Source: Cenarchaeum sp. (GTDB taxonomy: Archaea > Thermoproteota > Nitrososphaeria > Nitrososphaerales > Nitrosopumilaceae). From it: a DNA stretch of 64,000 nucleotides. The stretch spans positions 1,344,001-1,408,000 of the forward strand of contig OZ242221.1 in NCBI GenBank assembly GCA_965206845.1, given 5' to 3'. Below are positions 58,918-64,000 of this stretch, in pieces; within the stretch, counting starts at the first letter, position 1, and every line of letters starts with the position of its first letter. The notes under the pieces are model-generated. The model did not search any database. It saw nothing but the letters and a program-made list of their open reading frames with translations, and was not told the DNA's origin. Both the position numbers and the translations under genes were made by a program.

Positions 58918-59424
58918 CGCGCGCTTGAGCTTCTCCACGCTGATGACATCGCCTGGGCGCACAAGGGACACCCCGGTCTCTGCACCCAGAACCTCGACGA
59001 GCACCTCCCATGCCGGCTCCTCCAGTGAAACCTTTCCCTGAATCCCGTCGGCTATCCGGGAGATCAGCTCTGCCGATGATATCTTGGAATGCCTCTTCTC
59101 TACGGTGACGCGGTACGTGTCGTCGCCTATCACGTCCCGGTAGCCCCTGCAGGCTTCGGCTATCTGGTCCGCGCCGGTGGGGACGGTCTTGTGCACCGGT
59201 ATCACCCGGAGCATGTACCTGACAGACCATGGCTCCTCTGTAACCATCCCCCTTACGCGCCCCACAAAGTCAGCAGGCTCCACCGTGGTCCTGACGGTCA
59301 GGATTCCTGACATGCCGGTAATGCGCACCTCTGGCGTCGCGTCCCCCAGCCCTTCAAGAACCGACGCGATCTCGTCCCCGGCATCCTCCTCCATGCGCCT
59401 GGCGCATGTCACGATCAGGTTCAA
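58909..59424 (-). CDS. stand-alone THUMP-domain protein
   Basis: TYRVTVEKRHS...KVSLEEP...VLVEVLG. Confidence 0.85.
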   Translation of the reverse strand: MNLIVTCARRMEEDAGDEIASVLEGLGDATPEVRITGMSGILTVRTTVEPADFVGRVRGMVTEEPWSVRYMLRVIPVHKTVPTGADQIAEACRGYRDVIGDDTYRVTVEKRHSKISSAELISRIADGIQGKVSLEEPAWEVLVEVLGAETGVSLVRPGDVISVEKLKRASE

Positions 59425-60017
59425 AGCGCGCGCCAGACCTCCTCCGGCGGTACTGCTCCCTCCCTCACGATCCCCACCGTGTCTCCACTGGCGTCGACTA
59501 TGGTCGACTCGCCGCCGGGGGTGATGCCGCCGTCTACAAACGTGTCGCACCCGTCTATTCCGAGCACCTGCCGGGGATCCCGCTGGGGCCCCTCGCCGGA
59601 TATGTTGGCGCTGGTTCCCACCACATACCTGCACTCCAAGAGCATCCTTGTGGTGCACTCGCAGCCGGGAACCCGGACGGCGATCCGCTCCCTTATTCCC
59701 ATGGACTTGCCCAGCCTGGCATCCCTTAGCCTTAGAATCAGCGTCAGCCCTCCGGGCCAGAACTCCTCTGCCAGCCTTCCGGCGGCGGGGCTGATCACGG
59801 CAACCCTTGCAACATCATCGATTGACCACGCCAGAACCGGCAGCGGCATGTCTGGCCTGCGACGCTTGATCCGGCGCACCCTCTCCACGGCAGACGCGCT
59901 GTAGGGGTCGCAGCCAATCCCGTATACAGTATCTGTGGGGTACACGACGACCCCGCCGTCCCTTACCGTCTGTACCGCCGCCGCAACCCCGGCCGCATCA
60001 CACCGCACGCGCCTCAT
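59421..60017 (-). CDS. threonylcarbamoyl-AMP synthase (TsaC/Sua5 YrdC domain)
   Basis: YPTDTVYGIG, KRR, FWPGGLT, TSANISG and STIVD motifs. Confidence 0.93.
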   Translation of the reverse strand: MRRVRCDAAGVAAAVQTVRDGGVVVYPTDTVYGIGCDPYSASAVERVRRIKRRRPDMPLPVLAWSIDDVARVAVISPAAGRLAEEFWPGGLTLILRLRDARLGKSMGIRERIAVRVPGCECTTRMLLECRYVVGTSANISGEGPQRDPRQVLGIDGCDTFVDGGITPGGESTIVDASGDTVGIVREGAVPPEEVWRAL

Positions 60018-60101
60018 GCATTCAGGCGGGCGCCATGTCAATAATAACCTGATCCGGCTGTGTCCCTTGATGGTGATACCGCAAAATAGCATGCCTTATT
60101 T

Positions 60102-61349
60102 ATGAATGGGTGCGGGTATGGTGTGGTGGAGAACAAGACGCAGACCGGGTTTGGGATGCGGCGCAGAATGGCGCTGGTTCCCATGCTTGCGCTGGTCCTG
60201 TCGGGGCTCGCTGTCCCCGCTTATGCCGCGTGTCCTGCGTGGTTTCCGCCCCTTGATCACGTAATAGTCCCGGATGACAACGCGCCGGTCTTTGTCACAT
60301 ACTCCGAGTCCGACAGGGTGGAGACCCTGGTGCTACTGCCCGAGTTTTCCGGAACCGCCGCGGAGTTTGGAATGGTGCTGCCGCTTCCGGGCAGGCCGGA
60401 GATCAACGAGGCGCCCGAGGAGATGTTTGACTTTCTTGCAGAGTATACCAACAGGGTCTTCTTTGAGAGGTCGCCTGCATTTGACTCGATGGCGGAAGGC
60501 TTTGCGGTGTCCGAATCGTCGGTCGTGGTAGTGGAGCAGAAGGACGTGGGCGACTTTGAGACGACACTGCTTACTGCCAGTAATGCGCAGGACTTGGTTG
60601 ACTGGCTCAACGACCGTGACTTTCAGTTTACCGAGGAGGACGAGGATAACTTTGACTACTATGTTCAGAAAGGCGGGTATTACTTTGTCGCCATGAAGGT
60701 AAACATGGATGAGGCAAGCATTGACGAGAGCGGGGGGATAGACGGGGAGCTGCGACCGATCGAGTTCGTGTTTCCAAGTGAGCACCCGATGCTTCCGCTG
60801 AGAATAATGTCACATGACATGGATCCGATGGACTTCACGCTATACACCATGACGGAATTTCCATATTACATCCCGGGAGTCGACGTGATCTATAGCGAAA
60901 AGGTAGGCTGGCGGAACTACGGGGAGTTTTGGCAGCTGGACAGATATGATCCCTTCGACAAGTGGTTTGTGCGCATGAACGTTGAGTTTGATCCCAGGAC
61001 AATCGAGACAAACCTGCTGCTGCAGCGTGCCGATAAGCTTGATAACACGAATGCCTTGGACTACATCTTTAGGATAAACCCTGACCAGCTGCCCAGTGCG
61101 GGGGTTATCGGGGGCGATGCGGAATCAAACCTTTTCCTGGGGGCGTTTGCCGATGCGATGACTCCGCGCGAGCAGACAGAGCACGGAATCCCGCCTGAAA
61201 GCATCGAGTGCGACCACCCGCTAAAGCTGATGCTTAGGTCCGATGGCCAGAACACGGCATGCGTACTTCCGACAAGCGTGTCCACTCTGACTGAGCGCGG
61301 GTGGCAGGTGTCCACCATGCGAGCTGACGAGTTAGAGCGCCTGTCCTAG
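60102..61349 (+). CDS. secreted DUF2330-like protein with thaumarchaeal Cys-pair C-terminal motif
   Basis: Signal peptide; FGMVLPLP, LVDWL, YFVAMK and PMLPLRI motifs; PREQ..GI...C...ACV...LTERGW tail. Confidence 0.72.
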   Translation: MNGCGYGVVENKTQTGFGMRRRMALVPMLALVLSGLAVPAYAACPAWFPPLDHVIVPDDNAPVFVTYSESDRVETLVLLPEFSGTAAEFGMVLPLPGRPEINEAPEEMFDFLAEYTNRVFFERSPAFDSMAEGFAVSESSVVVVEQKDVGDFETTLLTASNAQDLVDWLNDRDFQFTEEDEDNFDYYVQKGGYYFVAMKVNMDEASIDESGGIDGELRPIEFVFPSEHPMLPLRIMSHDMDPMDFTLYTMTEFPYYIPGVDVIYSEKVGWRNYGEFWQLDRYDPFDKWFVRMNVEFDPRTIETNLLLQRADKLDNTNALDYIFRINPDQLPSAGVIGGDAESNLFLGAFADAMTPREQTEHGIPPESIECDHPLKLMLRSDGQNTACVLPTSVSTLTERGWQVSTMRADELERLS

Positions 61350-61603
61350 TGTGGGGACGGCGCGCCTCCCGGGCAGCGGATTCGGTATATCCTGAAGCCT
61401 GCGGACCTGGCCGGGACGGCGCCGGCGGCGCGTAGAGCACCAAAGCCTGCAACCGAATAGTTGCCAGGGAACACCTCTGCACGTGCAATCCGGCGGATCC
61501 CGTCCGTAGCCGTCTCCCGGTTGCATGATAGCAAGCTGCCCCTGCCTGCAGTATGGCCGAGCCGGTAAAGCGGACGATCCCGTATTCTTGACGCGGTCTC
61601 TGC

Positions 61604-61891
61604 CTAGATGACCAGCCCAAAGTTCTCTGAGAACTTTGCAAACGTCCTGTACTCTTGCAGAAACTGCCTCCCGGTGGTGCTTATGCGGTACTTTCTGGCC
61701 CTCTTCGAATCGACCTGCTCCAAAAGCCCCTGGGTCACCAGGATCTTGAGGATCTTTATGATTCTGACATGGGATATGTTGGCGTTTCTGATGAGGTAGG
61801 TTACAGTGGCGCCGTCGTCATACCGCAGACTGTCGTCTGCCGTGGTCAGGATGTCCTCGATTATCTTCATGTGGGTTCTGTATGCCGCCAT
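61604..61891 (-). CDS. winged-helix regulator (paralog of 48285-48560)
   Basis: YRTHMKIIEDIL...NANISHVRI...ISTTGRQFL...FGL. Confidence 0.85.
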   Translation of the reverse strand: MAAYRTHMKIIEDILTTADDSLRYDDGATVTYLIRNANISHVRIIKILKILVTQGLLEQVDSKRARKYRISTTGRQFLQEYRTFAKFSENFGLVI

Positions 61892-62297
61892 GTAAGCTAA
61901 TAGCTCGCTATTCTGCATTTATCGACAAAGGATCTTACAGTATACAAAATAGATAAAAGAATTTGACAATTGGTAGTATGAGGCAAGATCCGCCTTCATT
62001 TAGACACAAAATTGCGCATCCGGACAAGTTTTTACGCCTGACTCTGCATGGTGGGCGGCCTAGCGTAACTGTGCAGTCCCTGCGGGCCTGTATCTGCGGA
62101 TTCTTCCATGTGGCGGACTCTGCCTGCCGGAATGAATGGGGATATTGGTTCTGCAATCTTTGAGGACAAGGGTCATACGCGGAATGTGGCCGGCAAGGAC
62201 AAGCTGGGCCAGCCGGAGGATCCGGCCAGGTTCAGCATGTCCTCATGGACTGTAATGCGTATTGCATGCGCGCCTGTCTGCTTTGGCCTGGGGCCTC

Positions 62298-62507
62298 CTA
62301 GTCCCACTCGTCCAGCGTTCCGGGGGATTGGCCCTTTGCCCCCTTTGCATAGTCGCCTAGGATGTCCGAGTACGTCGAGTTCTTGTGCGCTACGTACCTG
62401 ACGTACTCACCGTAGCCCATATCAAAGTCGCAGCTGTCGCACTTTACAGACACAAAGCCTGGCGACAGCTCCGCGGCGCCTTTGCACTGGGGACACCTTA
62501 TCTTCAT
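62298..62507 (-). CDS. small zinc-ribbon protein
   Basis: CPQC...CDSC motifs; GTLDEWD C-terminus. Confidence 0.75.
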   Translation of the reverse strand: MKIRCPQCKGAAELSPGFVSVKCDSCDFDMGYGEYVRYVAHKNSTYSDILGDYAKGAKGQSPGTLDEWD

Positions 62508-62653
62508 GCGCCTCTATGGTTTGCCGTAGTTATTATTAGTTGGCACCGGCCGGCTCTACATCCAGGCTGCCGCAGACGCCAAACCTGTGGTGTCGCCGGG
62601 CATGGCCTCTGGCTGGTAAATGAAAAAGAAAAAGAAAAGACGCTTTTGCGCAT

Positions 62654-63217
62654 CTAGGGTATTGCGCGGCTGTACAGCTTGCCTTCAAGGGCCATCTTGT
62701 ACATCTCTGCAACGTACGGGTTCTCACCGGGTGTCTCTGCGCCAAGTTCGACCAGTCTCGCATACACCCTTACGACGTACGCGAGTGCGCCCATAAAGGC
62801 CACGACTACACCCATGTTGAACATCCAGTGGTTTGGTACCGCGAAGATCTCTTCCACGAACCAAAAGTGCCACATCTCATTGATGCCTATGGTGAACATG
62901 GTCGCAAGATAACCAAGGATGGTCATCTTCAGTCCCGTGTTCATCGAGTTGTTCGGGCCTCTGAGTACTGGCACCCTTCGATCGTAGATTGCGACCGAGC
63001 CCCAGCCCAGTGGCAGTGCTACAAAGTGGGAGTATAGCCACCAGTGTGCAGGAGTAAACGCGCTGTCTCTTATGGATGTCTGGTGCAGGGAACCGTCGAC
63101 AAAGTTGTCTACCTCGACCGACGCTGCAGTTGATCCCATTGCGATGACGATGAGCCAGATCTTCTTGAGTCTCTGGATCTCGACCTCTTTTGGGATTAGA
63201 GCGGGCATTTGTGCCAT
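62654..63217 (-). CDS. amoC: archaeal ammonia monooxygenase subunit C
   Basis: MAQMPALIPKEVEIQRLKKIW...DGSLHQTSIRDSAFTPAHWW...NEMWHFWFVEEIFAVPNHW; TTTATAT about 25 nt upstream. Confidence 0.99.
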   Translation of the reverse strand: MAQMPALIPKEVEIQRLKKIWLIVIAMGSTAASVEVDNFVDGSLHQTSIRDSAFTPAHWWLYSHFVALPLGWGSVAIYDRRVPVLRGPNNSMNTGLKMTILGYLATMFTIGINEMWHFWFVEEIFAVPNHWMFNMGVVVAFMGALAYVVRVYARLVELGAETPGENPYVAEMYKMALEGKLYSRAIP

Positions 63218-63762
63218 GTGTGCACTACGGCGTGATCCGAATATAAAGCAGTAGCTGGTTCTGGACAGGACTTGGTGCCTTATTCTTACATGGTTTATCG
63301 CAGTATATGCTGTATCTTACAAAAACATGTGACTACAAACAAAAAATTGTGACTTGGTGCATGTCGTTCTCGTTGTTTAACATCGATGATAATCATGCAG
63401 TTGTCGGCGTGCCTGTGGGCAGCGTTCCGCGGCATGCCATGTGTGCTAGACTGTGTTCAGTTCATGGCCTCCCAGTGACTTGTTGGGATTTTTGACCTGT
63501 CCAGGAAGAGCCGAAGGCAAATAGATAGGGAGGGCCAGCAGCAGAGCGGGGATGGTGTAAAGCGCCACCAGACAAAAAGCTAGGCATGGTGGCTGATTCT
63601 TCGTGTTTGGTGATCGTGGTCATACGGAACACCATGTGGCACCAATGGTGCAAAAGCGCGGGCTGGCCGTCATGCTAGGCTGCTCCGGCCTGGTTCTGGC
63701 AGCCAATACCAAACCGACATTCACGTAAAAAAATAAAAGGGCCGATAGTTCATAATCAGACG

Positions 63763-64000
63763 TTGTCCAGAACATGCACAAAATGCAAGACAGAGATACC
63801 AGATGGCGAACAGCTGGACGAGATAGCAGCAAAGTACCCGTGCTGCAACAAATGCTGGGCCGCGTGGAAGGAGTACCGGGTCATGGTAATGAACGAGATG
63901 CGGCTGGACATGTCCATGCCGGATCACCGCAAGGTAGTCAAGAGGAACGAAAAGATCTTTGTAGGCGTGTTGACGCCAGAAGGAGACATCATAGACTACG
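63763..64000 (+). CDS. YggX-like Fe(II)-trafficking/Fe-S protection protein, truncated by window end (not in ORF track)
   Basis: TTG start; MSRTCTKC...CWAAWKEYRVMVMNEMRLDMSMPDHRK resembles the YggX W..W...M..NE..L.M...HRK pattern. Confidence 0.7.
   Translation, partial: MSRTCTKCKTEIPDGEQLDEIAAKYPCCNKCWAAWKEYRVMVMNEMRLDMSMPDHRKVVKRNEKIFVGVLTPEGDIIDY

Noticed and set aside
1-64000. CRISPR array, rRNA, SRP/RNase P RNA, provirus or integrase, retroelement
   Set aside because: No regularly spaced short repeats, no matching conserved RNA motifs, and no tyrosine recombinase, capsid or reverse transcriptase ORFs were seen.

Overview
A GC-rich chromosome segment from an ammonia-oxidising archaeon (Nitrososphaerota, Nitrosopumilaceae-like). 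It carries amoX-amoA at the left end and a lone amoC at the right end. The IS load, the Liv-type amino-acid ABC transporter and the expanded surface solute-binding proteins suggest a host-associated (e.g. sponge) lineage; this is inference. The backbone is ordinary housekeeping: trpS, pheST, valS, aconitase, pdxST, purB, rtcB, rps11, rps17e, thiL, a phosphomannomutase, coaD, a histone, TatD, t6A/KEOPS genes and 8 tRNAs, three of them with introns. Mobile DNA comprises a frameshifted IS481, two 1209-bp IS5/IS4-type copies, a 1426-bp IS5-type element, an IS66 relic, a 1725-bp ISH3 element and an unannotated 228-bp ISH3-type MITE between amoX and amoA. The most unusual signals are non-coding. (i) Four DDE insertions by three distinct elements end 14-18 nt upstream of a TATA box. 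(ii) A degenerate family of ~170-200-bp palindromic repeats fills intergenic spacers. (iii) The two IS copies differ by a compensatory change at both terminal inverted repeats. Several small ORFs missed by the ORF track were also found. No CRISPR array or rRNA was seen. All alignments were done by eye.
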